The notes beneath the pieces are model-generated. The model had not been told where the DNA came from. It did not search any database and saw only the letters and a list, made by a program, of their open reading frames with translations. A DNA stretch of 56,406 nt, from assembly GCA_938003775.1 (NCBI GenBank), contig CALKXZ010000014.1, positions 1 to 56,406 of the forward strand. Reading direction: 5' to 3'. Positions 29,435 through 39,159 of the stretch are shown in pieces. The stretch is from an uncultured Granulosicoccus sp. Its GTDB lineage: Bacteria; Pseudomonadota; Gammaproteobacteria; Granulosicoccales; Granulosicoccaceae. Each line of letters begins with the position of its first letter. Position 1 is the first letter of the stretch. The position numbers and the translations under genes were made by a program.

Positions 29435-30712
29435 ATGCACTATGTGATTATTGGGGCGGGTCCGGCAGGCGTTAATGCAGCGGAGCATCTTCGCAAATTT
29501 GACCCCAGTGGGCAGATCACCATGCTCGTGGCTGAAGATGTACCGCCATACTCACGTATGGCGCTTCCGTATTATCTGGTCGGCGAGATTGGTGCAGAAG
29601 GTACTTACCTGCGCAAAAATACCGACCACTTCGAGTCATTAAGAATTATGCTTCAGCCGGGTCGCGCCAGCTCCGTGGATACCGCTGCCAAGCGTATCAA
29701 TCTGTTGGGAGGCGGCACGCTGGATTACGACAAATTGCTGATTGCAACTGGTGCTACGGCTACCAGACCCCCCATTCCGGGCATTGATCTGGATAACATT
29801 CACAATTGCTGGTCGCTGAAAGACTCACACAAAATAGTGGCGTCCACTGAGCCTGGGTCCAAAGTCATTCTCATGGGCGCAGGCTTTATCGGTTGTATTA
29901 TTTTAGAGGCACTGGCTGCTCGTGGGGTGGACCTGACGGTCATTGAAATGGAAAACCGAATGGTGTCGCGCATGACCAATGAAGTCATGGGAACCATGAT
30001 CAAGGATTGGTGCGTGGCCAAAGGCATTAATGTTCTGACCTCGACTAAAGTCACTGAAATTACGGCTGTTAGTGGTGACAATCCACTCTCAGTCAAAACC
30101 GATGCAGGTGCTTCGCTGCCAGCTGATGTGATCATTTGTGCGACCGGTGTGCGCTCGAACACCGCGTTTCTGGATGGTAGCGGTGTCAAGGTTGATATGG
30201 GCATTGTTGTCGATGACTTTATGCAAACCAGCGTGCCAGATGTCTATGCGGCGGGCGATGTCGCGCAGGGCAAAGACCTGTCGACCGGTGAGTACTACGT
30301 TCAGGCCATACAGCCAACTGCTGTGGAACACGGCAAACTGGCCGCACAGAACATGGTTCACGGACACCAGACCCCACATCAGGGTAATGTCAATATGAAC
30401 GTTCTGGATACGGTCGGTCTGATTTCTACCTCGTTTGGTATGTGGATGGGCGTTGAAGGCGGCGAAGAGGCGGAAATGTCGAATATTGAGAAATTCGAAT
30501 ACCTTAATCTTCAATTCAAGGACGACGTATTGGTCGGTGCCAGTAGTCTTGGCATGACGCAGCACGTCGGTGTCATGCGTGGCTTGATCCAAACCGGCGC
30601 ACACTTGGGAGAGTGGAAAGACAAGCTGTTAAAGGAGCCCAACCGTATCTCAGAAGCTTATCTGGCCAGTGCGCAAAGCTTGCACCTGGCCTTGGGTGCG
30701 GATGCCGCATGA
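29435..30712 (+). CDS. aorC: FAD/NAD-dependent oxidoreductase subunit (AorC-like)
   Basis: IIGAGPAG, YDKLLIATGA, GAGFIG, VYAAGDVA. Confidence 0.85.
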   Translation: MHYVIIGAGPAGVNAAEHLRKFDPSGQITMLVAEDVPPYSRMALPYYLVGEIGAEGTYLRKNTDHFESLRIMLQPGRASSVDTAAKRINLLGGGTLDYDKLLIATGATATRPPIPGIDLDNIHNCWSLKDSHKIVASTEPGSKVILMGAGFIGCIILEALAARGVDLTVIEMENRMVSRMTNEVMGTMIKDWCVAKGINVLTSTKVTEITAVSGDNPLSVKTDAGASLPADVIICATGVRSNTAFLDGSGVKVDMGIVVDDFMQTSVPDVYAAGDVAQGKDLSTGEYYVQAIQPTAVEHGKLAAQNMVHGHQTPHQGNVNMNVLDTVGLISTSFGMWMGVEGGEEAEMSNIEKFEYLNLQFKDDVLVGASSLGMTQHVGVMRGLIQTGAHLGEWKDKLLKEPNRISEAYLASAQSLHLALGADAA

Positions 30713-30757
30713 GTGCCGTGTAAGACGACGATTTTTTGAAAAACCAGACCCAGTACA

Positions 30758-31012
30758 ATGACCATTACTTTCAAGCTTTTTGCGACATTGCAGCATCTGC
30801 TACCACCAGGAGCTGTGAAAAACGCAGTACAGATCAACATTCCTGACGATGCGACGCTTAACAGCGTTATTGATCACTATCAAGTTCCGCGTGAACTTGC
30901 ACACCTGGTGCTGATCAACGGTGTATTTCATTGTCAGGAAGATCGTGACAAGTCGGCATTACTCAAGGAAAACGACGTATTGGCTATTTGGCCGCCAGTG
31001 GCTGGTGGTTGA
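30758..31012 (+). CDS. MoaD/ThiS family sulfur carrier
   Basis: KLFATL...VLING...LAIWPPVAGG with C-terminal GG. Confidence 0.9.
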   Translation: MTITFKLFATLQHLLPPGAVKNAVQINIPDDATLNSVIDHYQVPRELAHLVLINGVFHCQEDRDKSALLKENDVLAIWPPVAGG

Positions 31013-31015
31013 GTA

Positions 31016-31312
31016 GTGAGCGTTCCCGATATTACCTACAGTCGCGAAATGGGCCTGACGCACGAAGATTTCTGGCGATTATTGCCCCGGGCGATGGGTG
31101 AATATCCGTACACAACAAACGGCACGACGGTCAATGCCACTCTCAATAACGGACGACTTGCGATTACACTGGGCCCAACACAAGAGCGACGGATTGCGTT
31201 GTTGCGGTTACCGTATTCGGTCGTGTCGTTTAAGTTTAGTGGTGTTGAAGAGGATATACAGCAGGCATTCAAAACGCACTTCGACCTGCATTTCCAACGC
31301 GGAGGTGGCTAA
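31016..31312 (+). CDS. Hypothetical protein ending in QRGGG
   Basis: REMGLTHEDFWRLLP...FDLHFQRGGG; tightly packed between the moaD-like gene and moaA. Confidence 0.7.
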   Translation: MSVPDITYSREMGLTHEDFWRLLPRAMGEYPYTTNGTTVNATLNNGRLAITLGPTQERRIALLRLPYSVVSFKFSGVEEDIQQAFKTHFDLHFQRGGG

Positions 31313-32328
31313 TGAGTCCAAATGTGGCAAGTGATCGGTTCGATCGCCCTTTAAAAGATCTGCGTGTATCCGTTACAGATCGATGTAATTTCCGTTGTGT
31401 GTATTGTATGCCCAAGGAGGTATTCAACAAAAATTACACATTCCTGCCCAAGGCCGAGCTATTGAGCTTTGAGGAAATTGAACGTGTTGTGCGGGCAGGT
31501 GCTGATCTGGGTGTGACCAAAATCCGATTGACTGGTGGTGAGCCGCTGATACGTCGCGATCTGGAAGTACTTATCTCGCAGATCCGCGCGGTTCCCGGTA
31601 TTACCGATCTCAGTATGACCACCAATGCGTCATTGCTGACCCGCAACCGCGCTCGCAGTTTGCGTGATGCTGGTTTGCAGCGGCTCAATGTCAGCCTGGA
31701 TGCCATGGATGACGACACCTTTAAAGCAGTGAATGATGTCGATGTCACTGTGCAAACCGTGTTAGACGGCATTGACCATGCCGCGCAGGCAAACTTTGAG
31801 TCTGTCAAGATCAACATGGTGGTCAAAAAAGGCCTGAATGACCACTCCATTTTACCCATGGCGCGCTTCTTCCATGGCACAGGCCACATATTGCGGTTTA
31901 TCGAATTCATGGACGTCGGTAACAGCAATGCGTGGGATCTGTCCCATGTAACAACCAGCCAAGAAATTGCTGACCTCATCAACGCAAATCTACCCATTAG
32001 ACCTGCCAAGGCCAATTATCGCGGTGAGGTGGCAAAGCGTTGGGAATACTGCGATGGGGGTGGCGAGATAGGTATTATTTCGTCCGTGTCTGACCCCTTC
32101 TGCGGCGATTGCAGCCGCGCAAGGCTCAGTGCCACTGGTAGCATCTATACCTGCCTGTTCGCCTCTAGCGGCTACGACATGCGCCCAGCTTTAAGGTCCG
32201 GTGATGTCAATGCAGTGCGCGAAGCCTTGAACCGACTTTGGTCCATTCGCGGCGACCGCTACTCTGAAACCCGCACCCAAGTGTCCATCATCCGCCCCAA
32301 AGTCGAAATGTCCTTCATCGGCGGCTAA
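31312..32328 (+). CDS. moaA: GTP 3',8-cyclase
   Basis: LRVSVTDRCNFRCVYCMP, LTGGEP, FCGDCSRARL...C, MSFIGG. Confidence 0.96.
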   Translation: MSPNVASDRFDRPLKDLRVSVTDRCNFRCVYCMPKEVFNKNYTFLPKAELLSFEEIERVVRAGADLGVTKIRLTGGEPLIRRDLEVLISQIRAVPGITDLSMTTNASLLTRNRARSLRDAGLQRLNVSLDAMDDDTFKAVNDVDVTVQTVLDGIDHAAQANFESVKINMVVKKGLNDHSILPMARFFHGTGHILRFIEFMDVGNSNAWDLSHVTTSQEIADLINANLPIRPAKANYRGEVAKRWEYCDGGGEIGIISSVSDPFCGDCSRARLSATGSIYTCLFASSGYDMRPALRSGDVNAVREALNRLWSIRGDRYSETRTQVSIIRPKVEMSFIGG

Positions 32329-32397
32329 CTGTGTAACCGACGGGTCGGACCACCATAACTTATTGATTTAAATAAATAAGATTCGTAAAAACTGGCT

Positions 32398-33681
32398 ATG
32401 ATCCATCTTAAAAGGCCTTTTTCGCTGCTAAAAGCTGCCTTTTTAGCCGATAAATATGCTCGCCCTAACGGACACAGTAACCTGGCTAAGGTCAGACAAT
32501 CGACGCAGTGGCTTTGTTTTCTGGTCAGCACTGTCATAATTGGTCTGCCCACCGAGTCCAAGGCGCAAGAGCTGGATATACGCATTCTGTACATCGAACA
32601 GCGGATCGAACGCCCACCGGTATTATCTAACCTGGTCAGCTGGCCGGCAGACGAGGGTGAGCGGGGAGCAGCCCTGGGTCTGGATGATAACAACACCACT
32701 GGGCGGTTCTTGGGTCAGCATTATTCGTTGGAAACGCTGATTTTTGACGTTGATGAACCCACCGCTGCGCGCGATACTCAAATTCGCCAAGCGCTAGCAA
32801 CCGGCGCGCGCTTGGTTGTTATGAACATGCCAGCCAACGATTTGACAAGTATTGCGACCTGGCCAGAAGCAAGTGACGATTTAATTTTCAATACACAGAG
32901 TACCGACAATACGTTGCGACAGGAGCAGTGCCTGCCTAACGTGCTGCATACTATCCCGTCACGCGCTATGCTCAGTGATGCGCTGATTCAGTTTTTCACC
33001 AAAAAGCAGTGGAAACAGGTGTTTCTTATCGAGGGTAATCGAGCGGGAGATAAGGCTTTCGCGCAATCGATTCGTGCATCAGTACAGAAATTTGGTTTAA
33101 AAATTGTTGAAAGCAAAACGTGGATTGATGATGCTGACATGCGCCGTAATGCCGCGAGCGAAATTCCAGTGTTCACACAGGCCCGAAAGTACGATGCGGT
33201 TGTTGTCACTGATGAAGATCGAGATTTCTCCCAATACGTACTGTACAACACTTGGCTGCCCCGTCCGGTTGCTGGCAGCGCAGGGTTGATGCCAGTGGCG
33301 TGGTCACCCGTGATCGAACAATGGGGGGCTGCGCAACTGCAGTCGCGTTTTCGCGACCTGTCTAAGCGCGATATGACAAGTCGCGACTACAGCAACTGGG
33401 CTGCTATACGAACCATTGGTGAGGCCGTTACGCGTATTCAATCAACAAATCCAACGGACATTCGTCACTATATTTTATCGGATGAGTTTGAACTCGGTGG
33501 TTTCAAAGGAACGCCATTGAGCTATCGAGATTGGAACGGACAGATGCGACAATCCATACAATTGGTGCATTCGCAGGCAGTCGTGGCCTCTGCCCCTATT
33601 GAGGGTTTTTTGCACCCTATCACCCAGCTTGATACGCTGGGCACTGACAGACCGGAGACACAATGTACACAATTTCCATAG
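32398..33681 (+). CDS. ABC substrate-binding protein, PQQ-dependent alcohol dehydrogenase system type
   Basis: DDNNTTGRFLGQ, LHTIPSRAMLSDAL, PRPVAGSAGL, EQWGAAQLQSRF, LDTLGTDRPETQC. True start may be further downstream. Confidence 0.85.
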   Translation: MIHLKRPFSLLKAAFLADKYARPNGHSNLAKVRQSTQWLCFLVSTVIIGLPTESKAQELDIRILYIEQRIERPPVLSNLVSWPADEGERGAALGLDDNNTTGRFLGQHYSLETLIFDVDEPTAARDTQIRQALATGARLVVMNMPANDLTSIATWPEASDDLIFNTQSTDNTLRQEQCLPNVLHTIPSRAMLSDALIQFFTKKQWKQVFLIEGNRAGDKAFAQSIRASVQKFGLKIVESKTWIDDADMRRNAASEIPVFTQARKYDAVVVTDEDRDFSQYVLYNTWLPRPVAGSAGLMPVAWSPVIEQWGAAQLQSRFRDLSKRDMTSRDYSNWAAIRTIGEAVTRIQSTNPTDIRHYILSDEFELGGFKGTPLSYRDWNGQMRQSIQLVHSQAVVASAPIEGFLHPITQLDTLGTDRPETQCTQFP

Positions 33682-33752
33682 CGACAGTACCGTGGAAAAA
33701 ACCTACTCTGTGTCGGTTAATTTTCACAGGAAAAAAGAAAAACCAGACAACG

Positions 33753-34748
33753 ATGAGTCATCTTAAAGCTATTCCGGTAAGTGCGTTGGGCGCGCTCATG
33801 TGTCTGACATCCAGTGTTACTAATGCTCATTGGGCATATATCAGTAATGAAAAAGACGATACCATTTCCGTCATTGATACCGAATCCAATGAGGTGATCA
33901 AGACGCTGAACGTGGGTGAGCGACCACGTGGTGTAACGCTGAGCCACGACAACACACGGTTGTTCATTTGCGCCTCAGACTCTGACACCGTGCAAGTTAT
34001 GAGCATTGCGGACGATTCCATCATTTTTGAATTACCCAGTGGCGAAGACCCCGAACAGTTTGCGCTGCATCCCGATAACAGGCATTTGTATATTGCCAAC
34101 GAAGATGATGCCATTGCGACCGTGGTTGATATTGAATCACGTCAGGTAGTCTCGCAGATTGATGTGGGAGTAGAGCCAGAGGGCATGGCAGTTAGTCATG
34201 ATGGTAAATACGCCATTGTCACATCGGAAACATCCAATATGGCCCACTGGATAGATACGAGCACTCAAACGATCGTGGCCAACACGCTGGTCGATCAGCG
34301 GCCTCGAGATGCTGAATTTAGTCTGGACGATTCTGAGCTATGGGTATCGTCGGAAATTGGTGGGACGGTGTCAGTGATTGATACCGAGACCAAAGAGATT
34401 AAACAGATACTCAGTTTTAAAATTCCGGGTATATCGAAAGATCAAATACAGCCAGTTGGCATGGAACTGACCGCGGATGGAAAAACTGCATTCATCGCGC
34501 TTGGGCCGTCTAATCATGTGGCGGTTGTGGATCGTGAATCAATGACAGTAACCGACTATATATTGGTTGGCCGTCGTGTGTGGCACATGGCACTAACACC
34601 CGAAGAGGACAAGTTGTATACCACCAACGGTGTGTCAGGTGACGTGACTTTGGTGGATGTAGCATCTCTCAAAGCTGTGCAGAGCATAAAAGTCGGTCGC
34701 TACCCCTGGGGTGTTACCATACTACCCAAGGAGGCTATTCCGCAGTAG
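33753..34748 (+). CDS. YVTN beta-propeller, PQQ-dependent catabolism-associated
   Basis: AYISNEKDDTISVID, GERPRG, PSGEDPEQF, VGVEPEGMA, VGRRVW, VGRYPWG. Start placed at MSHLK (signal peptide); the ORF track start is 33663. Confidence 0.88.
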   Translation: MSHLKAIPVSALGALMCLTSSVTNAHWAYISNEKDDTISVIDTESNEVIKTLNVGERPRGVTLSHDNTRLFICASDSDTVQVMSIADDSIIFELPSGEDPEQFALHPDNRHLYIANEDDAIATVVDIESRQVVSQIDVGVEPEGMAVSHDGKYAIVTSETSNMAHWIDTSTQTIVANTLVDQRPRDAEFSLDDSELWVSSEIGGTVSVIDTETKEIKQILSFKIPGISKDQIQPVGMELTADGKTAFIALGPSNHVAVVDRESMTVTDYILVGRRVWHMALTPEEDKLYTTNGVSGDVTLVDVASLKAVQSIKVGRYPWGVTILPKEAIPQ

Positions 34749-34785
34749 CATCGCGTACGGTCTTTTAAGTGCAGCAATTCAGCCA

Positions 34786-35622
34786 ATGAGCATAGTAGTC
34801 TTTGATTCTGGTATTGGTGGATTGTCGGTGCTACGTGAGGCACGCATGCTGATGCATGATCATCCTTTCGTGTATGTGGGTGATGATGCAGGGTTTCCCT
34901 ATGGGGACTGGCAAGGCCAACTATTAACGCAACGCGTGGTTGGCCTGTTCGAAACACTGATACAGGATTTTGAACCGCAGTTAGCCATTGTTGCTTGCAA
35001 CACAGCGTCCACGCTAATAATGCCCGCTTTGCGTAAACAATTCGACATACCTTTTGTTGGCATTGTTCCGGCGATAAAACCCGCTGCTGAACGCACGGCC
35101 TCTGGGTTGATTACGGTGTTAGCAACCCCCGGTACGATAAAACGACGGTACACGCATGAGCTGATAAATAAATTTGCCGGACACTGCAGCGTTAACCTGG
35201 TGGGTGCTACTCAACTTGCGCGATTAGCGGAGCAACATATGCAGGGTGATCGTATTAATCTGAACACGTTGCGTGAAGAGCTGTTGCCATGTTTTATTGA
35301 GCACGAAGGAAAACGAACCGATATCATCACCTTAGGGTGCACACACTTTCCTTTCCTGGTGAACGAGATGCGCAAGATTGCACCCTGGCCGGTTGATTGG
35401 CTCGATCCTGCCGAAGCGGTAGCGCGACAAGCGCAAAACATATTGAATCAGTGTGCCCATCCGACTACGCCAGCTGTTCGTAAACTGTACGTCCGCCAAG
35501 ACATCGCTATCATGACATCCGACGCCCCATCAGTACCGACTGCTCGTCTTTTAGATGGGCTTGGACTGCAGTTGCATCAACAACATTTTCCGTCACTAGC
35601 GAAATCAATGGGTACTGCTTGA
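34786..35622 (+). CDS. murI: Glutamate racemase
   Basis: VFDSGIGGLSV, FPYG, VACNTAS, VPAIKPA, LGCTHFP. Confidence 0.95.
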   Translation: MSIVVFDSGIGGLSVLREARMLMHDHPFVYVGDDAGFPYGDWQGQLLTQRVVGLFETLIQDFEPQLAIVACNTASTLIMPALRKQFDIPFVGIVPAIKPAAERTASGLITVLATPGTIKRRYTHELINKFAGHCSVNLVGATQLARLAEQHMQGDRINLNTLREELLPCFIEHEGKRTDIITLGCTHFPFLVNEMRKIAPWPVDWLDPAEAVARQAQNILNQCAHPTTPAVRKLYVRQDIAIMTSDAPSVPTARLLDGLGLQLHQQHFPSLAKSMGTA

Positions 35623-35888
35623 TGTCATCCTCTGTACCAATATTCAGTGAGGCTGAAGTGTCGCGCATAATCGAAATGGCGTGGGAAGACCGTACCCCGT
35701 TTGAAGCTATCGCTTCAAGTCACCAAATCGATGAACAACAGGTGATCAAGCTGATGCGCCGACAGTTGAAACCATCATCGTTTCGTCTCTGGCGAAAGCG
35801 TGTCAGTGGTCGCTCTACAAAGCATGCAACCAGACGCCCCGCGGCTGTTGGGCGAGCCTATTGTCCGACTCAGTACAAACAACGATAG
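35619..35888 (+). CDS. TIGR03643/DUF2805 family protein
   Basis: SRIIEMAWEDRTPFEAI...LKPSSFRLWRKRVSGR. Confidence 0.88.
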   Translation: MMSSSVPIFSEAEVSRIIEMAWEDRTPFEAIASSHQIDEQQVIKLMRRQLKPSSFRLWRKRVSGRSTKHATRRPAAVGRAYCPTQYKQR

Positions 35889-35902
35889 GTGCTATACATT
35901 TA

Positions 35903-36331
35903 ATGCTGCAAGCCTCTGATATTCAGTATCTGGTTGTTCATTGCTCTGATACACCCGACACCGATTCTATCGGTGCGCCAGAAATACACGAGATGCATTT
36001 AGGATTTGGATGGCACGGTATCGGTTATCACCGCGTCATCAAACGCAATGGACTTATCGAACACGCTCGGCCTGATTATTGGCAGGGTGCTCATGTATTG
36101 GGTCACAATGAAATAAGTCTGGGTGTTTGTTTAATTGGGCGCTCGATATTCACTGATGCTCAGTTTCAATCGCTAGAACAGGTGCTGTTGGCATGGAGAG
36201 AGACCTACCCGAGCGCTGTCATATGTGGTCATCGAGATTTTAGCTATACCGACAAGAGTTGTCCTAATTTTGATGTTGCATTGTGGTGTCAAGCGCATGG
36301 TATTGAATCGTTTGCACATCCTTTGGCCTAG
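35903..36331 (+). CDS. N-acetylmuramoyl-L-alanine amidase (Amidase_2, T7 lysozyme-like)
   Basis: VVHCSDT, GWHGIGYH, GAHVLGHN, GHRD...KSCPNFDV (His/His/Cys Zn ligands). Confidence 0.9.
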   Translation: MLQASDIQYLVVHCSDTPDTDSIGAPEIHEMHLGFGWHGIGYHRVIKRNGLIEHARPDYWQGAHVLGHNEISLGVCLIGRSIFTDAQFQSLEQVLLAWRETYPSAVICGHRDFSYTDKSCPNFDVALWCQAHGIESFAHPLA

Positions 36332-36416
36332 TGGGTTGTGGGGCTAATTCGGTGTCACGTTAAGACCTAGTATTGTTAGAGTAACGATGGTGTAGCGCGA
36401 CATGTACACAAAAAGC

Positions 36417-37796
36417 CTAGCCTGCACTGTGTGAATGAAAATTGAATCGTTCTCTGAGTAGCCAAAGTAATATCAATGAAGGAATCACCATCAACGCAGT
36501 GATGATGAAGAACAAGCCCCAGTCGCCGTTCAGTGCATCGACCATGGCGCCGGATGAAGCAGCGAGTACGGTTCTGCCGGTTGTGCCTAGCGATGCAAGT
36601 AACGCATATTGAGTGGCCGTATATGTGCGATCAACCAGCAGTGATATAAAGGTAACGAAAATCACTGTGGCTATTGATGCGGTGACATCGTCTACCAGTA
36701 CAGCGGCTGCAAACAACAACTGAGAAGGTTCGTTGCTCCAAGCCATAAAAGAGAACATAAGATTGGTTGCAGCCATGGCAATGCCAGCAATCATTAACGC
36801 TTTGACGATACCCTGTTTAACTGCAAACCAACCACCAATCAATGTGAAGACGACGGTGACGATCCAACCTAGACCCTTTGAGTAGATAGCAATGTCTGAC
36901 TTGGAAAAACCAACTTCTTTGTAAAAAATGATGGACATCTTGCCAACAAATGCTTCACCAATCTTGAATAGGAATATGAATCCAAGAATAGCCAGCGCAA
37001 TGCGTATTCCGTTATGGCGAAAGAAACTGGCGAATGGCGCAATAATAGTGCTTCCCAACCAAGCAAACAGGCTACGTTCACGGCCACCGAATATTGACCC
37101 TATGGCTGCTTGATCTTTGTCTTGCGCCGCTTGACGTTCCCGCCACGAGACCTCTGGTATTAGTAGTAACAAGGCATTCATCAGTACAATTACTATGGCC
37201 AGTATGCGGAATGTCAGTTGCCAATAGTCTTCAATTCCACGTTGCTGAAGCTCATCGGCGAGCAATAAGGCAATGAAGCCTCCTAGTTTGTAACCGGTCC
37301 ACCAACCCACCACAGCAATAGCCGCCGCTGCCGCCATAGCGCCCGATTCAGTGCGTCCTATTTGTTCGATACGCAGTGCATCAATGGTGATGTCTTGAGA
37401 GGCTGAACTGATGGCAATGGCCAGACCAATTGCAATGACCAGCGCCAAATTTTCAGTGGGATTTAGGTTGCCCCACAAAAGCATGGCAATCAGAATGACG
37501 CTTTGCAGGCTTAAAATCCATGCCTTGCGGTGTCCTACTCGCTCTGTAAGCCATGGTATGCGTATTCGGTCTATGAGCGGTGCCCACAGAAAATTGATGC
37601 TGTAAACACTAAAAATTAAAGATGCGTAGCCGATTGTGCTGCGACTCAGACCATCTTCTTTCAACCACAATGATAAGGCGCTACCAATCAGTACCCATGG
37701 AAAACCGCTCATGGCTCCTAGTAGTAGTATGCGCAGCATGCGTCGGTCGGCGTACACACTAAGCGATGGACGATTATCTACCACAGAGTCTGTCAT
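36417..37796 (-). CDS. ampG: AmpG family muropeptide permease
   Basis: LGAMSGFP, FLWAPLID, SASQDITIDALRIE, YTATQYALLASL. Confidence 0.92.
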   Translation of the reverse strand: MTDSVVDNRPSLSVYADRRMLRILLLGAMSGFPWVLIGSALSLWLKEDGLSRSTIGYASLIFSVYSINFLWAPLIDRIRIPWLTERVGHRKAWILSLQSVILIAMLLWGNLNPTENLALVIAIGLAIAISSASQDITIDALRIEQIGRTESGAMAAAAAIAVVGWWTGYKLGGFIALLLADELQQRGIEDYWQLTFRILAIVIVLMNALLLLIPEVSWRERQAAQDKDQAAIGSIFGGRERSLFAWLGSTIIAPFASFFRHNGIRIALAILGFIFLFKIGEAFVGKMSIIFYKEVGFSKSDIAIYSKGLGWIVTVVFTLIGGWFAVKQGIVKALMIAGIAMAATNLMFSFMAWSNEPSQLLFAAAVLVDDVTASIATVIFVTFISLLVDRTYTATQYALLASLGTTGRTVLAASSGAMVDALNGDWGLFFIITALMVIPSLILLWLLRERFNFHSHSAG

Positions 37797-37851
37797 GTCG
37801 GTTATCAGCTCAATTAGGCGGCAAAGGGGTTGAACAGCACAGGTGGCTGGG

Positions 37852-39159
37852 TTAGTAACATTGTTTTAGGCTCGCTTTTGGAAAATAGTGTTTCAAGATC
37901 TGTTCATTTTTTTTCCCTTGCATTGCTAAATTGCACGCACCCATCTGGCACAGTCCCACACCGTGTCCCCAGCCAGCACCTTTAAATAAAATACTACTTC
38001 CCTGGTCATGTATGGAAACAGCAGAGCTATAGAGAAACGAGCTGTGCAGTAGGTTTCTAATTTGGTATTGATTTTGGCAGATATGCGTTTTGGTGTCGTT
38101 ATCCTGGGTTAAATAATGAATGCACACTTGGTGAAGCCTACCGGAAACGCCTCGCTGCAGTGGTACCACCGACGTCACTTTTTTAGCCTCTTTTATGTCG
38201 CTTTTGGTGTTCAGATAATGAGCAAGGTCGGCTTTAGTTTCGCGGTGCTCCCAGCGAAAATATTCCCCTGGATCATCAACTCCTCCTAGAAAAGTGCCTA
38301 AATTACTCTGGTTTACACCACAATTGAATCGTTGAGATTCAAGCGGTGCCAGCGAAAGCCATTGCGTAATGTCTGTTGGCGACGCAGCGGTTTGACCATC
38401 AATCACTGACACAAGATCATTGATAGGCATACCGAAACTGTCCTCTGCTCGTTCAGAGACTCCACCACAACATTTTGAGTAATAACCGGGCATAACGTGA
38501 TCGGTAGAATCAAATAAATACTGACCACGACTGGCAAGAGCGTACTCTATGGTTTCCGGTTTTGCATAGGTTAGTCCATGGTAACGTTGGCAATCGTCAT
38601 CATTGCATAGCTCGAATTCACGTCCTGGATGCTTAGCGTGTAAAAAACAGACCGCCCAGCTTCGCGCAGCGATTGTCTGGGCCTTTACAAACTCCTTCGG
38701 TGCGTCAGCTGACATCTCTGAGACAACAACGCAGGCCAGGTACTCTTCAAAGTGTAGGGAATTCACTATTTGAATCCCATCAGGTTTGCTGGAAATTTCG
38801 AAATTACCGGGAAAATCTGCATCAATCTGTTTATTCCAGTGGAATCCTCTGCCAGTGACGATTGGCGAAATTCTCATAGAAGGTGCAGAGAGTGCTCGGT
38901 TTGGAAAACTAAACACTAACTTGTCTGCGCATGCCAGAACATCACCAGAGTCGTTTTTCAGCACTATTTCGCTGTTTTTACGCTCAACCAGTAATCTCTG
39001 GTGCGGCTCTACGCGAGCAGCCTTGTTACATTCCATCGGATGTTCGAACGTGGTTGCGCTGATGGCTTGGATACTGTCCTCTTCTAAGACGATCCCCACT
39101 CTGACGATACGATCGTTAAGCAATTCCTTAGTAACTTTCTTCGGACGCGGTTCAATCAC
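37852..39159 (-). CDS. SpoIID/LytB domain protein (lytic transglycosylase-like)
   Basis: EEYLACVVVSEM, KAQTIAARS, CNDDDCQRYHG, YSKCCGG, GAGWGHGVGLCQMGA, ILKHYFP. Confidence 0.9.
   Translation of the reverse strand: MIEPRPKKVTKELLNDRIVRVGIVLEEDSIQAISATTFEHPMECNKAARVEPHQRLLVERKNSEIVLKNDSGDVLACADKLVFSFPNRALSAPSMRISPIVTGRGFHWNKQIDADFPGNFEISSKPDGIQIVNSLHFEEYLACVVVSEMSADAPKEFVKAQTIAARSWAVCFLHAKHPGREFELCNDDDCQRYHGLTYAKPETIEYALASRGQYLFDSTDHVMPGYYSKCCGGVSERAEDSFGMPINDLVSVIDGQTAASPTDITQWLSLAPLESQRFNCGVNQSNLGTFLGGVDDPGEYFRWEHRETKADLAHYLNTKSDIKEAKKVTSVVPLQRGVSGRLHQVCIHYLTQDNDTKTHICQNQYQIRNLLHSSFLYSSAVSIHDQGSSILFKGAGWGHGVGLCQMGACNLAMQGKKNEQILKHYFPKASLKQCY

Noticed and set aside
32350-32385. AT-rich TAACTTATTGATTTAAAT segment as an att/dif-like site
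   Set aside because: No partner site, integrase or clear dif symmetry; it is more simply promoter sequence.
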